The translations under genes and the position numbers were made by a program. The notes under the pieces are model-generated. The model did no database searches. It was not told the origin of the DNA and saw only the letters and a list, made by a program, of their open reading frames with translations. Shown in pieces: positions 1 to 13,600 of a DNA stretch of 64,000 nucleotides (position 1 is its first letter; every line of letters starts with the position of its first letter). This DNA is from Chara braunii (lineage: Eukaryota; Plantae; Charophyceae), in assembly GCA_003427395.1 (NCBI GenBank), contig BFEA01000018.1, positions 2,187,722 through 2,251,721 on the forward strand, read 5' to 3'.

Positions 1-2888
1 GAAACTACCGATCAAGTACGTAGGAGGACTTCAATCGAGAGATGGCTAAGCGTGGGGGGAGTGATGAGCATATGCATCTTTGCGGTTCTGAGCACACGTC
101 GTCAGGAACACTTCGTGGGGGTTTGTAGAATGGGCATGACGGGGTATTGCGGCTAAGGACGTAGGACCGTGATGAGGATGTATGGGGTTAGAATATTTTT
201 CGGAAAAAGCTTTGAGAAGTGCAGTTGTCGGTGTTGATGGTTCATACAGTCTCGAGCCATTTGTTTTGAGGAGGGCTTCGACATGAGAACAATGTGGGAC
301 TGACGATGAGTAGACGGGGGTAATCCGATGAGGCAGAGCGGGGGTTTTTGCAAATCAGACGCTGGAGATTGAGTAGCATAGTAGGAGATAGGAATGTAGA
401 AATTCTATGTGGGCGAAGGATGATGAGTTTTTTGAGGAATTGGGGGAGATGGCGAAGTGGGGAATATCTGGAGTTTGTTGACTTGTTGTACTCTATTGCT
501 CGGAACTTTCCTTGAAGCGAGTGTGATATCCCTTCCTCTATCGACAAATCTACCCCTCTTGCATACTTAGGATTGCATCTTGATTTGACCATCCTGTGTG
601 CATGGATTTCCTTCGCGGATTGATTGTCACAGAAGGACCATGATGATCGGTGTTGTAATTGTTTAAGGAAAACTTATCGAAAAATGGGGGGGTCAGGGAT
701 TATGCTTCATGAATGTGACAAATAATTGTTTGATACATGTGAATCTGTTGCGGTACCCTGAGGGGTGACGATTCGGAGTGCCGCACGACACTGGGGAGCA
801 GCGTTCGCGCTTATACTTACTTACACACACACACACACACACACACAGAGCAGCATTGAGAAGGGGAAAGGAGCCGCCAGACCATGAAATGGAGAGTAGG
901 TGCGGCGAGAAGGGGAGAGGAGCAGCAGGACCATCTACCGAGGAATCCCAGAGATGAGAGATCAGTAAAGTAGGAATAATGAGAAGGGGAGAGGATGAAT
1001 GCGAAAGGCATCATCAGAGATGGATTCCAGGCGAGAGAAGATTGGGAAGGTCAGGGTGTCCAGACAGGGGAGATGGGATGTGGCTCCGCAACGCACTGGT
1101 GCTACATTGGGACTTTCATAGCAGAAGTGTCGTTGGGACTCTGGGCCTCGATCCGCTACTCTTCACATGGACAAACTACAAAATAATAAAATATACCGTT
1201 GTTTTCTTGTTCTTTTTTATTTTATTTGCCCTTCTCTTGGCCCCTGGACGCGGCATGCATCCGCTTGTTGTCATCATAGTATTAAAGGGAACTCCCTTAC
1301 CAGCCACATCCATTTCCCGAGGGAAGATATGGGGCTGCACCCACCGGCAAGTGGGATACCTGCTACAGCAGGTGGGCGATACCAGCCAGACATAGGCCAG
1401 CAGCGTCAGAGACACAGAGACCATGCCATGGGGACCAATCTCTGTGGCTCCGTCCGTTCCAACATCAGCAGTCTCTGGGGGCGGCAACTGGCTACCTCTT
1501 GATGGCCTACGCCAAGTCTGTCGAGGAAGGTACATGATACCAATGGGATTGAACCCATCACCTTCTGAATGGCACTTGTGCGCCTGAGCTACCTCCACTG
1601 ACGGTTCCCGATTCGAACTACTGTAACAGGTACAACAACAACACACTGTATCACGTAACTCGTAGTTCTGGCAGTTCTTGAAGTCTTCCCAATCTGGGGG
1701 CTGGGGACCCAAGATATTCGAATCTGACGAATTTATGGTGGTCCAGGTTCCAGCAACCCTGAACTGAATTGTTGTGAGCGCCGGACCTCTCTTTCTTTTT
1801 TTCTTTTTTTTTCTTTTTTTTTTGTTGTTGTTGGACCTCTCTTTCCTGCTGCACAATGAAATGAATTGTCCGAAAAAGCGAGAAAAAGAACAAAAGTGAG
1901 GTCCGTAACCTTTCAGTCTGTGACGGCAGGCTGAACGTGCGGCGATCTTGGACTCCAACTGCAACTGCTGTGCCTCTTTGATTTTTTACGAACTTTCTGA
2001 ACCGGACGAGTTTTACCGCACGCCAGATGAACACAGGGAAGACGCCAGCATGGCACCCAGTCATCCCGCGATCCTCCGCTTTTTCCCTTCGATACGATGT
2101 CTTCCCCTACGCCTGCAGGTTCCTGCAGAGCAGCATTCACTGAGGCGGCATTTCGTGGCCGCGTTTTGTGGGTCCGGTTCGTCTGCTTGTGTGAGCACGG
2201 CTCCTCCGACTGAATGCATCCAGGAAAGTCCTGCCGTCTTCTCCCAACACAACGCGCCGCGATTATGAAATGTGTACAAGCCGTCTTTCCACTCGGATCG
2301 GATACACTCATGGATCGGATACACTCATGATGCGGGTGTGTTGTGTTCGGGGGAGGCATCGGATGCCGTTCGTCTTCTTTGCCACGAATATTTGCATGGA
2401 TCTGTCCGACAGCCATGACCAGTTCACCACAACATTCCCGAGAGGGCCTGTTATAGACCATTCCCGTCAAGCAGCAGGACGGGCGGTAGATCGCGCCAGC
2501 CGGCGCGCCCGCGAGGGCTGGACTCAGGGTCAATATAACGACGAGCTGGCGCCATCAGCGGTAATTCGATGCGCACGATCCGATCGTTTCATTCATTCAT
2601 GCTGGCCTGCAGGAAAACTGCAACCCGCAACTCGCGATCTCGTCTCTCTTCTAGCGCCCAGCGCCCAACCGCTCATACGCGTACATGTGTCTGTCGTATG
2701 TGTTCTGATCGAGCCGCCCAGCGCGCGAGTATTTGTGTGTGTGAGGATCTTTTCGTTATATGCCTCCGAGTGGTAGCTGCATTTGTGATATCGTCGTTCC
2801 TGGGTCCGATTGAGCGCTCACAACCGGCGGGCGGGGACCAGCATTTAGCATTCACAACCGGCGGGCGGGGACCAGCATTTAGCATTTA

Positions 2889-3528
2889 GGGCACGCTCAC
2901 ACTAGGTACCCAAATTCCCAAAAAAATGAGAAAATGGGAACGGCCGTTTTGAGGAAATGTGGCCCTGGCCGGTCACACTGTGTTCCCAACACGCTAAAGA
3001 CAAGGTCGCGACATCGCTCTCTGCGAGGTGCTTGTGGAGGGCGCCGGTCACACGGTGGTACCTCAAATGGGAAATGCAATTGTTCAGTTTTTACAATCTG
3101 TTTTTTCCTTTTTTTTTTTTGGGTCGTTACTGCTGGCAACGGGTGTCCATACGAACCTCTCTGCTCGTGCTCCGCGCGTCTGACCGCTCCGTGCGTGCAC
3201 CCATTTCCCCAAATTTCCTTTTCTTCAATTGATAGGCCGCTAATATCGTGGGGTTCCATTTTTTCTCCAATTTTGCACGGTAATTCAGAAAATGATTTGA
3301 GAATTTGCGGTAACCTCCGGAGGTCACCGCAAATTTCCTTCCCCCGCGGCTTCGCAGGCCGCTGACAAATGGTCACCCCTTTTGAGAATTTGGGCAGATG
3401 TTCACCATGTGTGAACTGGTCATGGCTGTCGGACAGATCCATGCAAATATTCGTGGCAAAGAAGAAGACGGCAGGGAACCCTTTTTTGGGGGGAAAATGG
3501 GGATTTGGTACCTAGTGTGAGCGTGCCC
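2889..3528. mobile_element. Non-autonomous PIF/Harbinger-type element
   Basis: TIR GGGCACGCTCACACTAGGTACC at both ends, TTA TSD; a related copy lies at 18037-18749. Confidence 0.85.
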
Positions 3529-4400
3529 TTAGGCGGGGAAAACGAGTGGCGCCGGATTTGAAAATTTCGGCGATCTGCAGATCTGCTTCGTGGAGATGCT
3601 TAGAAATCGCCGAAATGGGAGTAGTTTTTTTTTTTTTTTTTTTTTGGGCGTAGTTGAAGTGGGCGCGGTAAATACAAAAAAAGAGAAACTGAAGTGGGCG
3701 CGGTAAACACAAAAAAAACTGACGTGGGCGCGGGCCGTCTGAACCCTCGATTCGGTTTTTCCGATGAGCTTTTCTGGCGCGTGTTGAGCTTTTAGTTCGA
3801 TCTCGGCTTGCATTGATAATTTTGCTTCCTGCGAACTGCGCGCTCTTGTTGCTATCAGCGTTGGTCGCTTGGCTCTGCTCGCTCATCGCAGCGTGTTCTT
3901 AAGGAAGTGTACACGCCTTCACTGTCATCATCAAATCATTGCTTGATCTTCGCCATCTTCGCTGTCTTGTCCCGCTCTGCCTCTGCGGCTCTGTCAGTCA
4001 CTCTGTCTGTGTGTTGTCGGTCTTGCCGAAACTGAATGAGATTGCTTTGGTAGCCCCCCCGTCGCGATTCGAAATGCTCAGCTGTTTACCTCAAGCGTAA
4101 CGCGAGCTCCTCTCTCGCTCTCTCTTCTTTGCAGTATTTGATGCCCAGAGTAGGCAGATGCGTTTTCGGTTCCTCGTGGCAATGAACCAGCAAGCGGGCC
4201 GAGTTCAGAAATCACATTCCAGAAATAGCAGTCGTCGGTCGACTGTGCCATCATGAAAGCGTGATGTAGAGTGGGAGAGACGTGATAGTCGATCGTATCC
4301 ACAGTTGTCCTATCAGTGATTATGGTTCCGTCTCCAGGTTGAAGTTAGTAAGGGAGTGAGCGCAGCGAATGAGACGCGCTGTGTGATTGTGTGACTGTGT

Positions 4401-4481
<81 letters not shown>

Positions 4482-4917
4482 NNNNNNNNNNNNNNNNNNN
4501 NNNNNNNNNNNNNNNNNNNNNNNNNNNNNNNNNNNNNNNNNNNNNNNNNNNNNNNNNNNNNNNNNNNNNNNNNNNNNNNNNGGGTAGTCGAGACGAAGGT
4601 TGCTCTCCCAACGGCAGAACCTGTATCCTAGGGTAGTCGAGACGAAGGTTGCTCTCCCAACGGCAGAACCTGTATCGTAGGGTGTCGTTTGTAGAGCCCT
4701 GTCCAGTAACTTGAGCTTTGTGAACTCGGGTGGGAAATCAATTCTTGCCTACCCCCTGTTCTGCAGCGTAAGTGCGGTAAGTTTTTTGTCGTCCAGAGTT
4801 TGTCGAGCGGATTTTTCTCGATCAGTCGCCTTGACTGTTCTGTCTGATTCATCCTCGTTGCGCGGGTGCCGTTGTCCTTCTATTACATTGATTTGTTTTC
4901 ACGTAAAGAGCGCGCGG

Positions 4918-4984
4918 ATGAACAATTCAGGGTCAGGATTAACGGGGGCGCCAACGGTGAACGTCTTCGTCACCGGGCAGCCAG
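4918..4984 (+). CDS. NTPCR: NTPCR-like exon 1 (start codon to first half of Walker A)
   Basis: ATG at 4918; ...NVFVTGQP-G, phase-1 donor G|GTACGT at 4985. Confidence 0.8.
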
Positions 4985-7900
4985 GTACGTGAACTGTTCC
5001 TTGCTAATGGTCCCGGTCAGTGTGAACTTTTTTTTTTTTCTTCGTCTTCTTCTTCTTCTTCTTCTTCTTCTTCTTCTTCTTCTCGATCTCCTCCGTGCTG
5101 CTCCTTGCCCTCAGCGTCTGTGTTATTGTCGTCTTTCGTTCGAAAGAAGAAACGAGGTCGAAAATAACCTCAACTTCTCCTGACTGGTGGGTAGAAGTCG
5201 AACGCAGTCTCTCGGTACGTGCTTGGTGAATTGGGTACCCTCCAGTGGCAGAATATTCTATTATTCTATCTTGTCTGCATGTCTACACATGTGATGATAT
5301 ATATGCGCTCTGACATCTTTGTGACAATATTTAGTTGTAGCGAACTCTGCCTAGTTGTCCCCCGCTTTCGGTAAGCAGCAAGGTAAGCAAAAAAGCAGTG
5401 GCCATACACTACACTCTCGCTTCCGAACGGAATCCATTGGAGTAGCGAAAGTACATCCTCGTGTCCTTGAGAAGTCGGAACGCGCTCAACCCTCGACGCG
5501 TTTCGAGCGGCAGCATACCGGCCCTCCATTCTCTTTTTTATATATAGATATACACATATGCAGACACAAGATACAATATCTACATATAATATATGTACCT
5601 TGGACTCTGACCCAGTTATCTATTTATTTATATGCAATACATATATACAATAAATATATACAATACATATATAAAATACAGATGCTATATACGTTGGACT
5701 CTGGCCTATCTACCTATTTATTTATACATGGGATAGCGTCCTATGGAACAGTTGAAGTCATCGCCCTTCTTTCGTTTGCCCGTCTGCTTCGAATCTTTCT
5801 TTATCGGCCTGGTACAGTTACCTACCACAAAAAAAAGAGGCTGTATTCTTCTCTCAATTGCACCTTTCACAATCTATCTACCACTACTACTATTAAGCCT
5901 AGACAGGGGACCCCTGCAAGCATAGCTACCTCGAACAATTAGGGCGATGCATGTTGGCCCCCCGCCCTACGTCTCTGCTTTCGCCCCTCTCCCTTTTTTT
6001 TCTCGTTTCCCTCTTTCAGGTTATACTGATTTTTTTTTTTGTTGAATTGCTTAATTGAACATCATTTAGCAAGTCGCCATAGTCGAGATTTGAGTGTTTA
6101 TGTCGTCGTATAGGTTTATTTTGGAGTGATGACGGAAGCGCATTTTATTCTTTTTCACGATGACCCTTAGGACGCTTAATAGACAGTCGTCCGATCCATG
6201 ACTTCACAAAGACTGTCTAGATAAAACGAGGTGTTTTTTTTTTTTTTTTTTTTTTTNTTTTTTTTTGGATGTGAACCCAGATCCTTGGTCGACTACTTAT
6301 AGTGCAATGATTTTCCATTGTGATTATGATGCGAAGCAACCGTAGCTAGCTAGCTATCCTGTCTAATAGGCAAAGATGATCGTGTGTCGATGTCGGTTCA
6401 TGATGATCGAATTGTATCGTCTGTGACTGCTTGGCTGCGGTCCTTACCCTGTCTTCTCATTGTGGTTTTTAATCACTCACCACGTTGATATGAGATCCTT
6501 TTCATGTCATCGTCGTCATGTGGGAAATGCGATTACAGGTAAAAAAGCTGATGAAAAAAAGTAAAAAGAAAAAAACGAATGCAGACGAAGCATTGATTGC
6601 TAACGATCGGTGAATTTGTAGGGATGTTGGTAGCCAGCTCTGCGCTCATATGTGACCCTCATGTGATGCAGTGTCCGCGTCATCAACGCAAATACTCACC
6701 AATCTTGGCAACGGCGTTGATATGAGATCCTTTGCATGTCATCGTCGTCGTGTGGGAATTACGAGTACATACGGAGTGTCGCGTGCTAACGATCGGTGAA
6801 ATTGCAGGGATGCTGGTAGCCAGCTGTGCGCTCATATGTGACGCTGCTGTTGATGCAGTGTCCATGTCATCGACGGCTCATATGTGACCCTGCTGTTGAT
6901 GCAGTGTCCATGTCATCGACGGCAATACTCACCAATATTCCCAACGACGGTGATATGAGATCGCTTTCATGTCATCGTCGTCAGGCGGGAATTATGATCA
7001 CAGATGAAGCGTCGCTTGCTAACGATCGGTGAAGTTGTAGGGACGTTAGTAGCCAGCTTCGAGCTCATAAGTGCCCTGATTGCTACCAACTTTGAGCTCA
7101 TAAGTGACCCTGATTGCTACCAACTTTGAGCTCATAAGTGACCCTGATTGCTACCAACTTTGAGCTCATAAGTGACCCTGATTGCTACGAACTTTGAGCT
7201 CATAAGTGACCCTGATTGCTACCATCTTTGAGCTCATAAGTGACCGTGATTGCTACCAACTTTGAGGTCACAAGTGGCCGTGATTGCTACCAACTTTGAG
7301 CTCTAAGTGACCGTGATTGCTACGAGCTTTGAGCTCATAAGTGACCCTGATTGCTACCGACTTTGAGGTCATAAGTGACCCTGATTGATGCATTGTCCAC
7401 GTCATCGACGTCGATGCTTGATGACAATGCATGATGATCTCGACGGACGGCGACATCGCCGACGTCTATGTTAATGATGATACTGCTGATGATGAGGAAA
7501 CGGATGAGGGAAGGAAGGAGGAAGAGGAGAGGGGAACAGTGGAGGATGAGGATAGGGAGGAGGAGGAAGAAGAGGAGGAGATTGAGGAGGTGGTGTATGT
7601 GGGTGTGTTGGGCTTATGTCCTCGGAAGGGCTTTTTGTGTGGTTTGGATCCGATAGCAAGTGGGGACCACCTAGATCTCGGCGAATATTTAATTTTGTTG
7701 GTCTAACTGTGTCAGATTGTGAATTTGACAACAGGAGTTCAACTAACTCCCGTTATTCGTCCGTCAATCGAAATGAAACCAGTCGAAGTTAAGGAGAAAG
7801 AAAAGTAGGGGGGGGGGGGGGGGAAGAAACAAAAAAGAAAAAAGTCAAAAAAAAAAGAAAAGAAATCAGTCGACGTCGGAATGCGTGAGGAGAGTTATTC

Positions 7901-10584
7901 ATCGAGTGAATGAGGGCAATGCCTCTGCTGCAGACGTCGATTGATTCAAGCAACCACCATATAAAGAGAGTGGGTTACGTACAAGTGGCGGAATTACTTC
8001 CGGTCGTCATAAGCGATCAGTGAAGCTCGAATTGCGGCTGACGTTATGCTCATATTGATTGATTGATTGATTGATTGATTGAGTAATTGATGATTGATTG
8101 ATCAATATGAGCATGACAATGATGGGGTGCAATCAATGACGTAATAGAGTAGGTAATGTTGCGTCCGGAAGATCATGGTTGATGCCGTAGAATCGTTTTA
8201 GACGATGAGGGGGGATAATAGTATAGTGGTGTGATGGTCGTGACGGATAGGGGGTCGAGTTAGGGGCATGAGAATAATATGCAGGAAATGGTGGGAAGCA
8301 GGAAACGATGCGTTCGTGAGATCGTGATTGATGATATTGATGTTGGGGGGAGATAAGCAATATGTATGTATAGTTTTAACAGAAAGAATAGTAATGTGGT
8401 GGTTGTGAGGGACGGGGATGGGTGGGGTATATGGCAGTGAGACTGAGAAGGTGCGAATGAAAAACGATAACTACGTAGCGATGGGTGAAAACGAATCAAA
8501 AAGGGGTAAGAATGGGTAGAAAAAAGGGGCAGAAATGGTAAAAATGGGTGAACTATAGATGATTTGAAAGCCCAATCGAGCTTGGAGATGAGGTAGAACG
8601 TGTGATCATCATTGCAAAAAAAAAGAGGTAATCGGTGGAAACGATGCTTGAAAGGAGAAGGGGAGTAGGATGACGCAGAAGTGTCAGTTCTCGGATTGCA
8701 CCGTGAGTGACGACGGGTGTCAGAATGGAAAGAAGAGTAACGAGAAGGGTAGCGATGGGTAAAAACGAATGAAAATGGGTAAGAATGGGTAGAAAAGGGG
8801 CAGGAATGGTAGAAATGGGTGAACGAGAAGGGTAGCGATGGGTGAAAACGGATAAACAGGGGTAAGAATGGGCAGAAAAGGGGCAGGAATGGTAGAAATG
8901 GGTGAGCTAGAGATGGGTAAAAACGGATAAAAATGGGTAAGAATGGGTAGAAAAAGGGGCAGGAATGGTAGAAATGGGTGAACGAGAAGGGTAGCGATGG
9001 GTAAAAACTGATAAACAGGGGTAAGAATGGGCAGAAAAGGGGCAGGAATGGTAGAAATGGGTGAGCTAGAGATGGGTAAAAACGGATAAAAATGGGTAAG
9101 AATGGGTAGAAAAAGGGGCAGGAATGGTAGAAATGGGTGAACGAGAAGGGTAGCGATGGGTAAAAACTGATAAACAGGGGTAAGAATGGGCAGAAAAGGG
9201 GCAGGAATGGTAGAAATGGGTGAACTAGAGATGATTGGAAAGGCCAATCAAGCTCGGATGTAGCTGGTTTTCCCCTAATTTATTGAGGTAGAACGTGTGA
9301 TCGTCATTGCAAAAAAAAAAGGTAATGGGTGGAAAATGGGAAATGATGCTTGAAGGGAGAAGGGAAGTAGGATGGCGCAGAAGCGTCAGTTCTTCGGTTT
9401 GGCCGAGAGTGACGACAACAGAAAGAAGAATAACGAGAAGCGTGCCTAATCAGTGGGACGTAGTTAATTGGGGCGAAACGTTTAGAACGCGGAGAGTAGG
9501 TTTTATGATTTATGATTGGTTTGTAGTCTGTAATGATAGAATTAAATAAATCAAATATGAGAGAGAATCCGTTTTTTTCCCCCTTTGCAAAAGGGACGAG
9601 ATATATCACCTCCTAGCCTGTGAATCGGTAGTCCTAGGTGCTTGTGATTCTTTTTTTTTTTTTTTTTTTTTTTTTTTCTGGTTGTGATCTGGTGTGTGCC
9701 GTTCTGCTTACCCTGCAGACACACACACACACACAGAAAAAGGGAAGGACACGTACATTTCAGAGAGAGATAAATGTCTAGAAATTTGTAATTAGCGGAT
9801 GAAAAACTCCGCACTAAATTAAAAAAAAAAAAAAAAAGAAGGGAAGGAAGAATGAGAGTGATTTCGGTGAGATGTACCGAACTTATATAAATTTTTGCAG
9901 TTGCGAACTTGCGAACCATAGTCAGTTTTTTTCTGCGACCACCTGCCGGTTAACGCCCGCCTCGTGAAGCTGGAATCCTCGTGAAACTGCAGTAGTCTCT
10001 CCTTTTTCCTTCCCTTCGACGTCTTCAAAATGAGGTAAGGAGGGTGAAGGGGACGGGGGGGAGCGACCCGATACGATGTACTTGTTGGCCCCGTCCTTTT
10101 GGGGGCTTTGGTCTGGTCCTTGATTCGGGGGGCCTTTCGGTTTTCTTTTTCACACCAGTAAAATGCGTTGATGAAAAACGTAGCTGTTCGTATTAGTATT
10201 TTATGTACCAGCTGTGTCTGATTTTTAAAAATTAGTGTAGCTTTTTTTTTTTTTTTCTTTGATAGTGTAAACTTCTTTTTTTCGTCTTTTTTTTTTTTTT
10301 GTTGGGCGAGCGGCGTAACGTCGCAGAAGTCAAGGACATTGTAGATCGAGGTCGACTGATTAACACGTACCTTAGACTGAATGCAAACATGCTATTCATG
10401 TGATGATCTTGTTTGGGTTTTGTGGATGCATCACCACCTTTTCTGTTGCCTTTACGGGGGTGTGACAAATCGGTTTCCCACGAGTCACTCGTGTAGCAGT
10501 GATTTTTTTTGCGATAGTATGGTGAAGTCTCTTCAGCAACGAAGTAATAGCCAACGTGATATATATCTCTATGCATAGACCCGA

Positions 10585-10631
<47 letters not shown>

Positions 10632-13600
10632 TACCCTCTGAGAACCTCCGTATTCTGACTGGCTAATTCTGTGCTGAGGAGCACAGAGGCAAAAAGTACA
10701 AAAAGAACTGTGAACCGCTCGCTCTGGTAGTCTGGCTGGTTAATTCTTAGGTAGCGAAAGAACCGGCGCACCGTCGGAGGTGGGAAACTCCTCGGGTCTG
10801 TTGACTCTGTTATGTATTGTATTGTAAGAAAGAATGAAATTCAAATGATGTGGAATGAGGACATTGAACATTTTGAAGGTAGCACTTTTAGCAGCGCTCA
10901 AATTGGCCCACTAAAACGGGTCGTCCTTTCAATAACCTGAAGAAATTAAGAGGAAGAAACAAAATCGGAACTGAGCGCTGAGGCTGCTGTAGTGACTCTA
11001 ATGGTAAAGGCAGGCTTTGTTGTTGTTGTTGTTGTTTTTTGGCCGTCCTAACCTGGCGGGCGGGCGGGCGCACAGATTTAAGGTCTATTTTTAGTCGAGA
11101 CCTCTCTTCACTCCAGCTCGTCTGCACTCATTTCTGACTGCCGTTTTCCTTTTTTTTTTTTTTTTTGGTTCGTACGACTGTCATTTCCTGAACTTCCGTA
11201 TATGCCAAAGAAAGCGGACCTAAAAGAAAAGGAAAAGGAAGCCGAAGCTTGAGCTTTCTACGTATAGTAAAATGAGTGATACCTTTTTTTTTTTTTTTAG
11301 TGATAACTTTGATTTGATCATGGGCTCCACTACGCAAAATGACTACCACAATCATTTACAGAGAACAATGAGGATCGTGACGGTGTGGCGGAAATGGGAG
11401 TCCTCGCAGCCTACCTTGCATGGCGCTGCAGCTACCAAGTTGTGGACTAGAATGTGCGAAAACTCTTGCATGTGGTCATGTGTGTCGACTGCATACTACC
11501 GGGGTTGGAATAGGTATCGGCCGCGAAATCGACTGGGCGTACTCTTTAGTTTGTACGTCCCACGAGGGGGTCAGAGTGACGATTTGAACAGGCCCCTCAG
11601 CGTAGTAATACCAGAGAACCCCGCACCAGGGCATGGGAAAAAGATTGTTGAACGGATCATGAATTTCAATCCTGATGGAATCCAATGAATACGATAAGGT
11701 TAGGGGATCCCCCCTCTTCGACAACCCGGAAAAAAAGAGGAAAGGCTGAGGACGTTCTTAGTTCCGATGCATTGGCGTGATTTGAGAGAGAACTGCAGGT
11801 AGGCTACTGCGGAGGAGGTAGAAAAGACAATAGAGCGCAACGGTAGACTGGATAACCGTTGAGATGGGCGACTACACAACACTCTACATGCATCTGGACG
11901 CTTTCTGGACCCGATGCATTCAAAATGTTGGACTCGTCGGAATGCACCTGGTCCGTAAATCCTCCAGATGCATGTCGAGTGTTGAGTAGTGGAGCGAGGC
12001 CCTGTGTAGTATGTGGTGTCACCCCCCCGGGTCGCGGTTAAGCATCAACGACTTCCCGACAATTGATACCCTGAGGTGGTGGGGACCACCAACCACTGCC
12101 CTCAAGGTACCGGTGACGAAAATGAATGCAGAGTAACCCGCATTCGCACCAGACGGAATTCTACAGACTGCAGGTTCACACCCCCCCATTTAGCCTTTGA
12201 CCGGGGTATTCAAGGTCTTGAAAGCTCCCACGGGGATCTTTTGCCATTTTCCCAAGGCTGGGCTGGTAATGAGGACGTGTCTCACCATAGCCCTCTATAT
12301 GGGCGGGTAATGAGGACGTGTCTCACCCACTTCCCTTTTTAAAAATTTCCAATTTGGACGTGTCTCACCCACTTCCCTTTTTAAAAATTTCCAATATAAA
12401 AAGGCCCGGCTCTATTGCCCAACATACTAAAAGTGAAGTACCCAAAAAAAAAAAAAAAAAAAAAAATTTGAAGTGCATGGACGTCCGTTAAAACTGGAAC
12501 GATACAGAGAAAGATTAGCATGGCCCGTGCGCAAGGATGACACGTATAAATCGAGAAACGGTAAAAAGGAAAAGAAAAGTACATGGACCTGCTCATGGTC
12601 CGATGCATCAAGAATGCTTGAACAGTCCGAATGTATCCGGCTGACAATGCGGTCCAGATACACGCAGAAGCTTGTGTAACGGAGCCAGGCTAATAGAAGG
12701 GGTAGCTCCTAACGTAATTCGTCTTCGCCCGACTCGATCCGGATTTGAATTTATGATCTTTTTGCTAACAGTTACGTGTGCGTTCTTTTTTCTTTTTTTT
12801 CTTTTTTCTTTTTTTTTTCTGTTTTTTTAACGTGTGCGTTCCATTCAGCCACATGAACTGGGTGCGAGACGACTTCACATCGCAACACCAAGGGACATGC
12901 GGCCTCGCTCCGCTACACTCGAAATGTGCAGAACGAGAGTGAATCCGCTAGACCATGGAAAGATACGCCGCCATGAGTTTTGTCTTTTGTGCATGTCGAG
13001 AGCAGTGGAGCGAGGCCCATGGTCCACCCACATCTTCACCGTCAATGCGGCCCCGATCTTCTTGCGCAGGGGCCATGCTAATCTTCTCTGTATCGTTCTA
13101 AGGGCCAGATCCCACTGGCAAAGAGGGTTGGACGAAATGTCTGAATCTGGACGTGTTTGTGGACAGGTGCGAAAAATTGTGATTGATCTACATTTCTGCA
13201 CCTCTGCGTGGAGCACGTCCAGATTCAGACATTTTTTCCAATCCTCTTCGCCAGTGGGATCTGGCCCTAACTTTAATGAATGTCCCGAAGGACTTGGCCC
13301 CGGCTTGTGGGATTGTCTGTGTGCGCACAGTGTTTTTTTTTTTTTTTTTTTTTTTTTGTTCCCGGGCCGTGAACAGTTGGGTATAGCTTCACTGATGTTG
13401 CGGGCCTGTCATTCTCTTATTATTAAACAGCCTTTTTTATTTATTTTAGCCTGGGAATATTGACTGGCTTGCTTACTGTAGATCTGGACAATGGTCTGAA
13501 GAAGTCTGGCTATGAAGCAGAAGTATAGGAATAGGAAGAGGGAACAGACAGGCCCTCTCAGCAACTAGCTGTCAAGTAGGAGTGGTCAGCAAGGCCTGAG

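Noticed and set aside
4078-4302. Divergent minus-strand first exon near the NTPCR promoter
   Set aside because: An ORF and a possible donor exist, but I found no downstream exons or homology.
4582-4682. 49-bp duplication upstream of the NTPCR start as a regulatory repeat
   Set aside because: It directly abuts an N-gap, so it may be a contig-end artefact.
7058-7387. CRISPR-like appearance of the 34-bp array (also the arrays at 53537 and 60481)
   Set aside because: Units are contiguous with no unique spacers, there are no cas genes, and the context is eukaryotic.
7431-7706. Acidic D/E-rich ORF
   Set aside because: Purine-rich low complexity inside a repeat block in an intron; no recognisable domain.
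8720-9247. 175-aa ORF with 53-aa repeats
   Set aside because: It is a translation of a 159-bp low-complexity tandem repeat, with no domain or splice context.
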